This document shows positions 26,225-39,500 of a DNA stretch of 50,061 nt, one piece after another. The translations under genes were made by a program, and so were the position numbers. The DNA is taken from positions 1 through 50,061 of the forward strand of contig LWCA01000124.1 of the NCBI GenBank assembly GCA_001642005.1, written 5' to 3'. The notes beneath the pieces are model-generated. The model saw only the letters and a list, made by a program, of their open reading frames with translations. It did not search any database and was not told where the DNA came from. The stretch comes from Intoshia linei (lineage: Eukaryota > Animalia > Orthonectida). The stretch's first letter is position 1. Each line of letters opens with the position of its first letter.

Positions 26225-26275
26225 CCCTCCAGGGGTGGGGCGGCCGTCCCTGCACCCCGTCTAGATCCACTACTG
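26225..26275 (-). mobile_element. Solo GC-rich hAT (Tip100-like) terminus
   Basis: The minus strand reads CAGTAGTGGATCTAGACGGGGTGCAGGGACGGCCGCCCC, similar to CAGTGGCGGATCTAG-type termini. No partner end was found. Confidence 0.5.
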
Positions 26276-26619
26276 GTTTCGGTGTGACCAATTATTTCAA
26301 AAACTGAATTGATAAATTTAAAAACACAAATTCAGATTTTTCCGGAGGAGAAAGTTAGATAAATTTCACTCTGAGAAATTTATACCTTCACGGGTAAAAA
26401 CACAGTGCCTTTTTTAAAGTGTAAAACTGCAAGCCCTGAATTTTACTATCTATTATTTGTTAGACATGCTTACATTTAACTAATTGAACGCCTATCTTAC
26501 TTTAGATTAATTTAATTCTGTTTGGTATTTCATTGATGTGATTTAATATTCTAAAATAACATGAAATTATTTATTGACAATATTACAGTAAAATAGTTAT
26601 TAAAACTTCACATGAAATT

Positions 26620-27149
26620 ATACCAATGAAATTATATAAATCTTGATTAAAAATGTTTGATATTACGATATTACGTATCTCTTCATCGATTCATCAACCA
26701 TAAGTCTCAAGTTTTGTCTAATTCATAACATAAATAAATATAAAACTATACCTCTTTTATACTCAACGACAATCTGTATGACCGAATTATACGAAAATTA
26801 AAAAATGTTAAAAATTGAAACCTAAAAAAAGTTTGAAAGGTATGTGGTCTTACAGAAGTTATATTAGATATAAGTGCTTCTTATGTCATTTTGACTCAAG
26901 AAAAAAATAATATCATTACTGATAATAACTGAAATGGCTTAAAAAACAGGGTACAGATACATCATCCATTAATCAATAAAGACAAAATCGTATTACCACT
27001 ACTTCATGTGAAGCTCAAATTGGTTCATCATAAATAAAGAAAACAATAAAAATCAACTACCAAAGACATTGCCTTTATTAAACAATATTTTACATGACCT
27101 CAGCAACACAAAACTAATGACTGGTATACTAAATGGCCCACAAATTTGA
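26620..27149 (+). pseudogene. Decayed Chapaev3 (CMC superfamily) transposase fragment
   Basis: Ordered motifs, broken by stops and frameshifts: LFIDSSTISLKFCLIHNINKYKTIPL, YIRYKCFLCHFDSR, HPLINKDKIVLPLLHVKL and LSNTKLMTGILNGPQI. These correspond to Chapaev3 LFIDSS..SLKAVLLHN, YTKY.CFLC.WDSR, PL....I.LPPLHIKLGL and LS.AK.K.GIF.GPQIR. Confidence 0.82.
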
Positions 27150-27987
27150 CAATTCAATTTTTTTTGGGTTTGCTATTTATGATAATGTTTATGATTTTAA
27201 AACCTTCCCACAATTTATGTTGTATAAAATTCTAAGATTTTTATCATTTTTACTAAAAAAGGTAATTTGTTATTTTGTTCGTAAAGATATAAGATTTAGA
27301 AGTTGAAATGTATCATAATGGTGATGATTTAAAAATCTTTATAATATTGTATATTTTTTATAATTCTAGGATTCTTTCGAATTTAAAAAAAAGGATAATT
27401 GGGGTTTTTGACCTTTAAAGATCAATTTCTGAAAATGAAATTTGCGATAAAACATTACCCTTGAAAAATTGTATGGGAAATGAGTATTCTTAAAACTCTA
27501 CACCTCTTACTTTCTTAAATAAATTGGAACAAACAAATATATAGACAAATTGCAAATCCTAGTAAACACCCTAGAAATACAAAAAATTTCCAATTTACAA
27601 GTTACAGTTAAAAAATATCTATTGATAGAAAATTGAAAAAGTTTGAGGTAAACTGCCGCAAGATTTGAAAAATACACTGGCATTGCTGAAATTCAAAAAC
27701 CATTAAAACATGAATACAATGTAATACACACTGTGTATTACACATTTATTTGAAAAAATGTCTTTTTTACCAGTGCATATAAGTTGCTATTTGCAAACCA
27801 ATATTAATCAAACGTTTTAAATTTTATAACAAAAATTCAAGTTTTCTATTATAATAGAAAACTTATATAATATAATTATAGCTGTCACAATATAGCACAT
27901 TATTGATTATTAAAATAAACTGACTGCTTAATTAACAAGTTTTATAAATTTTCTTCATTGTGAACATTAAACATTATTATAGTAACA

Positions 27988-28082
27988 CTAGGTTGACTGT
28001 TATGTACTACGTACAAACAAGATCTAGCTCTGCCGAGGGCACATTTTTATTATACTTAAAAAATAAATTCACATTGAAAAAT
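27988..28082 (-). mobile_element. Helitron 3' terminal fragment
   Basis: The minus strand ends GTGCCCTCGGCAGAGCTAGATCTTGTTTGTACGTAGTACATAACAGTCAACCTAG followed by T. Confidence 0.72.
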
Positions 28083-28821
28083 ATTGGTATATAATTTTTC
28101 AGAATTAGTCATCGCATTGTCATTTTTTTTTTTAGTTTACATCTAATCTACTGGGTATGTTTTTGAATCAATCTATTATCTATCATCTTATCTATCAAAA
28201 ATGACGTCATTTAATTCAAAATCGATAAAATTTTCTCACATGTAAATTTGTAGTTAAAAACGTATACAAAGTATACCTTAATATTCATCACGTTTAAATT
28301 AATCTATTTCAAATAAAAAAATGCATTATAGGCTAATATAAAATTGATTTGATTAAATACTATTAACCCAAAAATTATTTGAATTTAAGATGAAAAGATA
28401 TATGATGTATTTAAACAAAACTCAACCCATTTGAAATTTTTCAATTAGCAGTTTCAAGTAAAGTAAAATACATGATTATTGAGAGATAATTACCTGATTT
28501 CTAAACAATAATTAGGTTGCACGTTCAAAAACAGTAAATATCACCAAGTGCTATGCAAAATAAAATAAATTAATTAAGACGTAAAAGATATTAAGAAAAT
28601 ATAAAGATTTCCCAAGATTTAGTATATTGATTTCATGCATATTATAAATCCAAATAACAAAACATTTAGTCCACCATTATAATAATAATTAAATTAATAT
28701 ATATCATCGTTCATTATAATAATGTAGGTTTGAACCATTTTCAAGTATATTGGACATGACATAATCAATTTGAATTTATACTATCTAAATTTTATCAATT
28801 AATTTTCAAATTTATATTTAA

Positions 28822-31800
28822 ATGATACGAATTTATACAATTATAACTTTTCTAGCTTGCATAGGCAGTAAAAATACTTTTTTTCAAAGTAAAAAATACC
28901 AAGTTGTATATACCCAAGGAGATGTTATGATTGGTGGTATATTTCCAGTTCACAAATCTGAATCCAACAATAAAACTAGATACAAATGTGGTGATATGTG
29001 GCTTTTTAGAGGATTACAGAGAATGGAGGCAATGTTGTTTGCTATTGACAAAATTAATGCCAGCAAAGACTTGCTAGTTGGCATTCAACTAGGCAGTTTA
29101 ATTGTTGATAGTTGTTCATCTGTACATCACGTTTCACAAGAAACATTAAACGCTTTTGTTAGAGGTACTTTACGACACGAAGAAACACCCAGCAGCAGTT
29201 CATGTAGAAATTCTATACAAAAATTAAATTCGCCTTTCAATTTTAAACCAGTAGTGTCAGTTGTAGGTGGAGCATACAGTTCAATTTCCATTGGTGTAGC
29301 CCATTTACTTCAACTTGTCAAAATACCCCAAATAAGGTTGATGAAATTACAGTTTAATAATTATCTATTTTACAATTTAGTTATGCTTCTACTAGCTCCG
29401 CACTAAGTGATAAACTTGAACATCCTCTTTTCGCTAGAACCGTAATGTCAGATTCTCTGCAAGCTAAAGCCATTTCGGACATTATTATTCATTTCAATTG
29501 GTCCTACGTAGCTGTGGTAAGAATTTTTAATAATTTTTTAAAATATACTAGATTTATTCATCTGGAGACTACGGAAGCACCTTTGTCGAAGCATTTAAAG
29601 TCGACATTCAAAGAGCGAAACATGTTTGCATTATGGGATATTTCAAAATAAACAATTTAATGGACCAAAATGATATTACCAATTTGATTGCGAAAATAAT
29701 CCTAAAAGTTAAAATTGTGGTACTTTTTGCTAGAGCGGAAGATATACAAGCTATATTAACAATATACAACAAACACACACATTTTAGAGAACAGTATATA
29801 GAATGGGTAGCATCTGACGGTTGGGGTACACAATCTTTACCAGTAAAAAACAACGAGAAAGCAGCCATAGGTACTTTATCTATTGAATTATCTTCTAATC
29901 ACATACAACCATTCGATGTCTATTTTAAAAATCTCAATTTACAAAATAATAACCGAAATATTTGGTTTAAAGAATTTTGGGAAACTATTCACGAACATAA
30001 TTTTGTTTATAGACAAGAATCTATGATTTCTTATGTCATTCAATCCGTATATGCTGTTGCTTTTGGAATTGAAAAATTTGCAAACAAATATTGCCATAAA
30101 TATTCTATACTTTTAAGGGAATACCTAAAAATAAATTATACAGAAATGGATAGAAATAAAAATATAAAAAATCTTAAAAATGTTTTTAAAAAGGAATGTA
30201 CTCCAAAATTACTGGATGATGGGTTATTATTGTATAAAAGTATTATTTCTCTCTCCAAAAATGGTATATTCAATATTTTATTTTATTTATTGTTAATAAA
30301 ATCAATAATTAACAAAATTTGAAAATTTTAAGTTTTTGAACGGTTTCTGTATGAAATTTTTTTTGAACGATGTCGAATTTCATAGTTAAGGGCAGAGACG
30401 GGGCATTTACTGTTCGAAAGTCGCACTAACTTCCCCCCAAAAAAATTGATTAGGCTTCACTTTTCTTAATAAAATTTAATCAACTACAGCAGTGCTTCTC
30501 ATGGGGATCAATAATTTTATTAGAGGGTGAATACGAACATTTTAGATGATTGGAGTAAATGATAAATTATTAGCATATTTTACTCAATTTAGTAAAATCT
30601 TATGAGAAAAAACCAAAATTTTACATAGCTTATGAGAAATAAACCCTTTTTACCAATATTTTTTTGAAAAATTCCATTTTACCAAAAATTAATATTTTAA
30701 ATATAATATATAATAAATAAAGTAATTTTAAATGAAAATAATTTAACTTGTTCAGAAGGCCGCACCAAATCGTCAATAAAGCCGCATGCGGCCTTAAAGT
30801 CGCACTTTCCCACCTCTGATTTAGGGTCATACTGTTCTAAATTAATAGGTAATGTTGGAAAAAGTTTCCATATTGTGCGGCGAAATTTTTTACTCCAACA
30901 GGGTCACCAAAAAAAATTAAACGGTTGAAAGAGAGACCAAAAATTTTTTAATTTGTATATATGGGTCTAAAAATTGTCATATAATCCAGGGCTTCCCAAC
31001 GGGAGTCATGTGGTCCCCAAGGAGCCAAAGAAATTTTGATATTAATTATAATTCCTCTAAAAATAGATAAAAATATCCTAATGGTGTATTCCAGTGTTTA
31101 TCAAATTTTTTCCATTGGAGAAGATTGGAAGAAATTAAAAAATTTTTCGGTCAAGCAAATAAGATAAAAACAGTTTTATGTTTGTTGGTGCTTACTGAAA
31201 ATCTTTATAGTAATGATTTTGAATGGAAAACCTACCAATATTAGAAAAAAAGTTGTTTCGATCAAAAAACAAAAAAATCTCACATAACTTACCCTTTGTG
31301 AAACGGTATACACCTCGTTTTTAATTTATAGACTGTAATTTATCGGCTGTAGCTGTTGAGCAACACTGGTGTATTCATACAGATGAAAACGTTTTATGAA
31401 ACTTTAAAGTTAGAGTAAGTAAACAAATCTATGAATTGGAATATTTAATATTTGGTAAAAATTAATCCTAAAAATAATCTTTTAAAAATCTTGAACCTTA
31501 AAAAAGACTACAAACAAAATTGATAAATAAATGTACTGTAATTATTTAAGTAGTCAAAATGTTTTCTTATTATAAAAGTTTATATCAATAATAACGTGCA
31601 TAATTATACACCCATCTAATTATTACACCTACGAATATAAATTATATAATATCTAATTTTTATTACATTACAAGTGAAGTATATTGTACATTGTAGTTGA
31701 TTTTTAAAATGTGAAATTAGATCAGTACGTCTCAAAATTTTCCAGACAATATAGAAAACGGAACACTAATGATAGAAATTGTCTTGTGGAACACATATGT

Positions 31801-34782
31801 TGTACATTTAATACACAAATTTTTTCAGATAGATCTAAAGCAGTGGTTCCCAATTGCGGTCCCTGAATCCCTTGTGGTCCAAAACTATTTATCTTGGGGT
31901 CCGTGAGATTCAAATAAAATATTTAAAAATTTTGATCAATTTTAAAATTTTTAATTATTAATAATACGGCATTCATTCAGTAATAGTAAGTTTCTAATTG
32001 TCTAGATATGTAATCACTTTCTTCGTTTAATTAAAATTAAAGTTTGTGAATAATTATTAAAAGTTGGCCTAATTGAATTTTTTATATTTTAGATTCTTTC
32101 GGAAACAATATCCATTTTAATAAGAATGGGGATGGAATTGGTTCGTACAACATAATGAATTTTGTATTCGACAACAGCACTGATTCGTATACGTACAAAA
32201 AAATAGGAGAATGGAAAAATAAACTATTCCTAAATGATTCAGACATACAATGGCCCAATAATCAAAAATTTATCCCAACATCACTGTGTTCAAAAAAATG
32301 TAACAATAACGAGTATGCAAAAATGCAAAATGGTTTATTTAGCTTTTAATTCCAAGGCATTTATCACAGGGTCGTCAAATGTTTGGATTTTATACAAAAT
32401 CCTAGACCAGCGGTTTTCAACGGTTGGCGAATCGCTCACTGGGGGTTTTTCTATTTCATTTCACATAATACATAATCAAAAAAAAAATTTTATTAATAAT
32501 TATTATAATTTATTAATTCTAAAAAGAGTTACATTTTTTATATTGTTAATTACAATGAATATATTAAATTTTAAATTATAATTATACATTATGTTAATAC
32601 TCCGCCAAAAACTAAAATAAGATACAAAAGTATTAAAATTTTTTAAGAGAATTATTGGCTATATGGATCAATTCTTGAAAAAATTGAGTAACGGTAAAAA
32701 CTCGTCACTAACAATTAATTGAAAACGTAAATTTTTTTATCCAAAGAAAACAAGAAAACTAAAAAATTTATGAAAAAATGAAGGGTTTTTATCACAGATT
32801 TGGTAAAATCATATTTTTTAAAAAAATTTTGGAAAAAGGGAATTCTTTATTTTAGGGTTTGCTAAGTCGATTTTTTGCTGAGGGTATAAAATGGTATTTT
32901 TTATTAAATATTATTAAAAATGAGATAAAAGTGGTGTTTTTGAAATGATAATGTAGCGGCGTCTTAGATTTGGGATAAATTCCTAAAATTTAGCAACTCT
33001 GTAATAAATATTAAAAATTTTCCTATAAAAATAAACCAAAGTTGATAACAATTTTTTTATATTTTTGGATCCACTCATTTATATTATACGGACGTTTATT
33101 CATTCATACAGATATTTTTTTCAAAAATCTGATTTTACCAACCTGATGAGAAAAAACCTCTTAATCCAACCTCAAAATAAAAAATGCAAGTATACTAATC
33201 CTTAAGTGTAAAATCCCCTTTTTTCAATATTTTTATTGTGAAAAATACGATTTTACAAAACATTATGAAAAATGACCTCTTAATCCTCCAGTTTCAAATC
33301 TCACATGTTAAATTTTAACATGTAAATTAGACACATCCTGCTGTTGGAGATGTATAAAATGTAACAACTGGGAATACAAATTAAACAGTGCAACATGCAA
33401 AATGTGTCCCGTTGGAAGATGGCCGGATGCAAACAGAACTGGATGTGATCAAATATTTCCTTTTTATTTTAATTTAACCTCTGTATATGCAATTGCTCCA
33501 ATTTTATTGGTTTTATTGTGAATATATAAAATATAATTGTACCATTAATTAGAGCTTAATTGGAATTCTATTTGTAGTTTTAACAGGAATATTATTTTTG
33601 AAAAATATTCAACATCCAGTTGTAAAAGCGAGTGCACGAGAACTGACTACGACAATACTTTTAGGTTGTCTAATGTGCAATTCTAGCGTTTTTCTTCACA
33701 TGATAAAACCTACTCCAATTTTATGCAGTATTAAACAAACAGTTACAACGTGTTCCTTTTCAGTGATATATGCATCAATTCTTATTAAAAACAATCGCTT
33801 GGTCAGAATATTTTACAATACTTACAATAAAAAAAACATTAATTTTATTTCTCCAGCATATCAATTACTTTTCACTTTTTTATTGGTATTTTTGCAGTTT
33901 TTAATTTGTATAATCTCTATTATCATTGAACCACCAAATGTTGAATATTTTCACCCTTACCGAAGACGTCATATTTACATCTTAATGTGCAAATTTAGCA
34001 AAAATAGTTACATTTCTTCTTTTGTTTATATTCTCATTCTTATACTTATCAATACTGGATATGCAGTCAAAACACGAAACGTTCCAGCAAATTTCAATGA
34101 AACAAAATATATAGGTAGATATAATAATATACCCCTCCCATAAATTGTGCAATTAACATAAAACCATCTTAAGTAACATTTCTGAATTGTAGAATTTAAT
34201 TGAAAAATTGTAGATTTTTTATTTCGTGAGCTATTGAGTACTAAGAAAAATTCCGTTGCTTTTGATATAATAATAAAAACTTCTTGTTAAACTAGTCGAC
34301 ACTAATCAGCCAATAGAAAATTATAAAAATCATTTAAATAATTGTTTTTTTACTAAAAATTCCACCTTAAATTACTTTGCACTAAAATTTTGTCTAAATC
34401 CAACTAATTTGTTTTGGAACCGTTAGGTCAAACTTAACCGGTTTTGTGATTCTTAAATATGAAAAATATTTAATACTAATTTCCCAAAATACATAAAATT
34501 TAGGTTTAAGCATGTTTGCTACGTGCATTATATGGTTATCCTTCACTACATTATACTACGGAACCTACAATGTCCACGAGGTAAATTAACATTTTCTTGA
34601 TATAAAGTTTTTAGATACAAACCATGGCCATTTGTTTAACACTGAGCCTGTCAGCGTCAGTAATTATAGTAATACTCTATTTTCCAAAATGCTACAACAT
34701 TCTATATGTAACCCAAAATAGCAACAAATCAATAAAAAATCAATATGATAAAGCAAGTACTAGTTTGAGAAGAATTACTTAA
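28822..34782 (+). CDS. Metabotropic glutamate receptor-like class C GPCR (group II-like motifs), multi-exon
   Basis: Has a signal peptide and Venus flytrap motifs GDVMIGGIFPVH, RGLQRMEAMLFAIDKIN, GGAYSSISI, IPQISYASTS, SGDYG, WVASDGWG and NNNRNIWFKEFWE. The nine-Cys domain is SLCSKKC...CCWRCIKC...CKMC...GC. The 7TM region has [39 protein letters not shown] and YFPKCY, with the stop at 34780-34782. Confidence 0.93.
30393..30818. mobile_element. Charlie/MER30-like hAT MITE in an mGluR intron
   Basis: Termini are CAGAGACGGGGCA and TTTCCCACCTCTG, with flanks GTTAAGGG and ATTTAGGG (6/8). There is a subterminal GCCGCATGCGGC palindrome. It is homologous to 37235-37390 and 41943-42244. Confidence 0.75.
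31841..31915 (+). mobile_element. Solo hAT left end (similar ends at about 738, 30987, 32408 and 45331)
   Basis: CAGTGGTTCCCAA is preceded by ATCTAAAG (an NNNTANNN target) and followed by GGTCCC/GGGGTCCGTG subterminal motifs. No matching right end was seen. Confidence 0.55.
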
Positions 34783-34822
34783 ATTTTATACAAAATATGA
34801 ATATGCATATATTAAATTATAT

Positions 34823-35788
34823 TTAGGTAGTTTCATGTACATTGGGGGTTGGAATAACTTTACTTTCTGTGACTGAGTTTGACTCCATATTGAAAAAAAT
34901 ATAAATGAATGCAAAAAAAATTAATAGAATCATAAAAAATCTCAAACATCGCATTCTTTTAGATTTAATAAAATTTTTTATCGTATATCTATAAATAAAT
35001 TGATAAATTAAATTCATTCTTATATAAATAACCTCAAATAGTAGATTCTTTTGCGTATACTCCATTTTTCAAAAATAGGTATCGTTTTGTCTTGCCAGTC
35101 GTTGATTAGGTGGGTAATGGCTGAACAATAGCTTTACATAACACTAATTATATGGCGAAATACCTTGGCGAGTATGAGATTTTTCGTAATGTGTGCTTTC
35201 TCTGTTAGAGAAATCAACGGAAAAATCATTAGTAGACTTTGGAATAGATTGATCCTAAATAAAAATTAAATAAACTAAAAAATGCAAAATAAAAATACGC
35301 GACAATTGAGATTTTCTGGGTTATATTTGGAAAACCAACTTGAACTTTTAAATCTAGATTCGAGTGCGTCTGCTACAGGGCCACCCATTTTACCGTGTCT
35401 GATAACCAGATCACCGCATGTCGGACACATGGGAAGATTAACATCAGGTTTAGAAGCGTACATCTCCAAACAATTCCAATGAAAAACATCTAATATATAA
35501 GATTCAAGTTTAATTAGGTACAAAAATACCATAGCACAGCAATCGAATGTTTCTTTCATCGTCTTTTATCAATTCCTGTTGGCAAAATCTACAAGTTGCA
35601 TCGTATTCTGGGTCATCTAGCCAGTTTGTATATGATTTTACAATGCACTAAGTTTCTATATGTTGTAACGTTTTTATTTAATTTACCGCATTGTGATCAC
35701 TTAGAATACAATAATCGCAAACATTCACCCTGTGAATGAAACAAAACATTGGCGTAGGTTTTCGTTTCGGACAACTGCACAAACCCAT
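34823..35788 (-). CDS. ZFPL1: Zinc finger protein-like 1 (cis-Golgi, C-terminal TM), multi-exon
   Basis: Reads [34 protein letters not shown]|[22 protein letters not shown]...IRLLCY|DVFHWNCL...CPTC...[11 protein letters not shown], with the C-terminal TM segment [16 protein letters not shown]. Confidence 0.93.
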
Positions 35789-36561
35789 TTTTAATTAGTC
35801 TGTCTTTAAGTTTGTATTGGTTTTGTGACGTATCAATCTGTATCTCAGCAATTCAAAAGCAAAGTACTTGATTTAGATTCTGTGCTTTTAAAAATCAACT
35901 ACTCACTGAAAATTTTAAAATTTTTGTAAATTACATGGCTTAAACTTTATAATAAGCGTACCTGTAATTGTCTGTGAAAAATTATATTTAAACTCTTTGG
36001 TAATAATGAACGATAACTTTATAGATAACGTGGATTTACAAATTTAGTTATTAAGGTTGCATTATAAATTTTGTAATTTAAAAAGTGTGAAATGCAAAAT
36101 ATTTTAAATCCAAGGCTCATTTTCCAAATTGAGCATTTAAAAAAAAATATGTATTATTGTCTATAATATCAACTATTTTGTGTAATATTTAAAATGTCAA
36201 GTTAAAACTGACCCGATTTGTGACTATATGACACTACATGGTTTGCTAAATTTTTTTATAGTCCGTTTTTCATTTTCTGATTACCTCGAAGTAGTAGGTT
36301 CGGCTCTAACTATATGCAAAATATTTTTCCTAAATATATTGAATATGAATATAAAATATGAATTCGCAAGAAATTGTATTCATTTACGAATTGTGTATTT
36401 ATGAATAATTTTTAATTCCATAATTTTATTAAATTCTAATTTTGATACGTAATAAGTTCAAAGTTTGACCAATTATTCGTGAAACGTGAAAAATAAGTCA
36501 GTAACACAAATTATAAATTCAATTATTGTAAAATATTCGAATATCTAATATCGCTCATAAA

Positions 36562-39500
36562 ATGAACGAAAACGTTAAACGTAGTCGTTATTTTAATTCT
36601 CGAGTTGGAAAAGATAAGAATATTAAATCAAGCAAAGACAACTCATATTTCAAAGAAAATAAAGAATTGCCTTATATAGGATTGGTTTGATATATTATTA
36701 AACTTTATAAAACATATTTAGGGTGGTATAAAAAGTAAATTTCACAAAAATTCAATAAAAGCATTACGTAAAACTGAACTCGAATCTATAGAAATTACAA
36801 AATTACACAAAAATTATAATATAGAAACCCCAGGGTAAATTTAATATACCAGTAAATAAACGAGTTTTAGTATAATTGAAAAAAATGAATGTGACGATAA
36901 AGAAATAATCAATCTATCTCAAAATGACATTTCTAAATCTGTAGATATTATTACTGGTCAAAAGGTAATTAATCAACATTTATTTGGTTCAACTTTTAAA
37001 TTTAGAAATTTGATTTACATTTAAACCAATTTGGACCGTACAGAATAAAATATGCTAGAAATGGACGGTATGTTTTGCAGAATTTTACAGTAGTGTTTTC
37101 AATTGTACAATGCACATTAAGATGTCTATGTTAAAGTGGAATTTTTCTTAAAGGATCATTAACATACAATTTGCATTTATGTTGTTTTCATTATTTTTTA
37201 ATTCAGTATGAAACATTGATGTAATATTCTAAATCATTTCTGGGGAAGCAATTACTGTTCGAAGCCCGCTCTAACGTCCAAAAAAAATTAATAAGACCGC
37301 AATTACATCATTGCTTCTCAAGGGGGTGAATGATAAATTGTTAGCTTATTTTATTTAATTTAGTAAAATCTTATGAGAAAAAACCAAAAATATCGTTAGA
37401 ATCGCAAAGGAAAACTACATCAGACTAAATACATATTAAGAAGAAAGATTTTTGAGTGTTAGCTAGTGTAATATTCCAATGCTTAGATTATTCTAAGATA
37501 ATTTGCAAGACGTTCTTATTACTGGTCACCAAAATTTGTTTTAGCACCATACTCTAAAAACGTTTTCGATAAAAATTATTGTATAAGCGTTTAAAGATGC
37601 ATAATACTGTACTATATACAAACATCTATTTTTGATGTGTATTTTTCATAATTCTAGGACTTTTTTGACTTTTAAAAAAAAGGATAATTTGGATTTTTGA
37701 CCTTATAGGAATCATTCCTGAAAATGAAATTTGCGATAAAACATTACCCTCGAAAAACTGTATTATAAATGGGTATTCTTAAAATATGTATATTATATAA
37801 AATGTTAATATGGGCTGTAGCCCAGGGTCACTCATTAAAAAAAGCCCACAAATTAATAAAAGTACTTTACACTTATATCTTTAATTATTATTATATATAA
37901 AGAGATGCCCCAATTTAATAAAAAATACTTCACATTTATATCTTAAGAAACAGTTTATAAGTTTTGAAGTGTGGGAATTCAAATAGCTAGAAAGAAAATT
38001 GTTTAAAGAATCAAAGTTCTGGTAAATTATTCAATTTAAAATATATTCTACAATATTCATCATATAATATTGACATAAAAACTGTTTCAAATAATAATAT
38101 TAAACATTAAAACCTTTCTATTAAGTGAATATTCAAAAAAGAAAATAGGAAATCTTTGATTTTCTCGATTTTTTTGCTGCAGCTATTGATAAACACTACT
38201 GTAAGGTTCACAGCTAAATAGTTTAATTTTGATTATTTTATTGTAAATTACACATTAAATGTCATTACACTATTAATAATATTAGTATTAATTATTATTT
38301 ATATTTAGAATGTTGTTATTGGGTGGTTATCGAGGGCACGTTGCATCTGTTGATTGGCAAAATAAATACGTAAACACTGAAATCAATGTTATGGAAAATA
38401 TTCATGATATAAGGTATAATTTAACTAATTATAGCAAGCTCGTTTAACCTTTCTTCGTCATGGGCCACTATTTCAGTTTGTGAATATCCAAGACTTTAAA
38501 AAGTGATGAATTATAAATTATAATACATTATATTTCATTTGATATGTTATATTGAAATATAATAAATAATTCTAGCTTGGCTGTTTTATTCTTCGTACAA
38601 ACAGCACCTAGCTCTGTCGAGGGCGAACTTTTCTACTTTTAGCAAAAAATAAAATGTTACATAAAAATGGCAGTATTCATTATAACCAATATTTTAAAGT
38701 AATCGTTCCCAAACGTGTCAAGACAATTTTTTATTTTTAAATTTTAGGACCATTAATTATATCAAATTTTTTGCTTTAATTAAATAATTTCCCAAGAAAA
38801 AGGTAAACAGTAAATTGCATTTTTGAACATCAATGATGAACTTAACATTGAAGCTTTTTTATATATTCTAACTGGAAAAAGCAGTATTAAATGTGGTCTT
38901 TTTTTAAATTCTAGGACTTCGGTTTCTTTTAAAAAATTTCCCAAAAAACCCTTTATAAAATATGGTTAAAAATCCCCTAAAAATTATCTTTAAAATTTAG
39001 TACAACCAAAATCCCTAAAAACCCCTTGACAATGTTAAAAATATTACATTAAAAACCCAAAAAATTTTTGAACCTTAGATTAGAATCTTCAAAATATTTT
39101 AAAAATGGGTAAAAAAACTTCTCTTAAAAACCTATCAAATTTTCGATCCAAAATTGTCTTCAAAATCTTTAAAAATTGGTATAAAATTTTCCCTTAACGA
39201 AACCTCAAAAATTTCGTCAAAAAATCAATAATATCAAAATTAAAAACCGTTTATTCTAAATCAATTTGAATAAAATAATGAATTTCCATAATCTTTACAA
39301 TGGCGTAGTCACAATTTTACAAAAAATCATTTAGTATTAAAAAAATTCATTATTGACGAGTCTGACTGTATTTTCATTTTATTAAAAAAGTGTAATTGGG
39401 TTTTTGGTCCTGAATATATATTATTTTTAATTAAAATTTATGATTTTAATTTAATTAGTGTATATTTTTTTAAATTTTAAAACTCGTTTGATTTTCAAAA

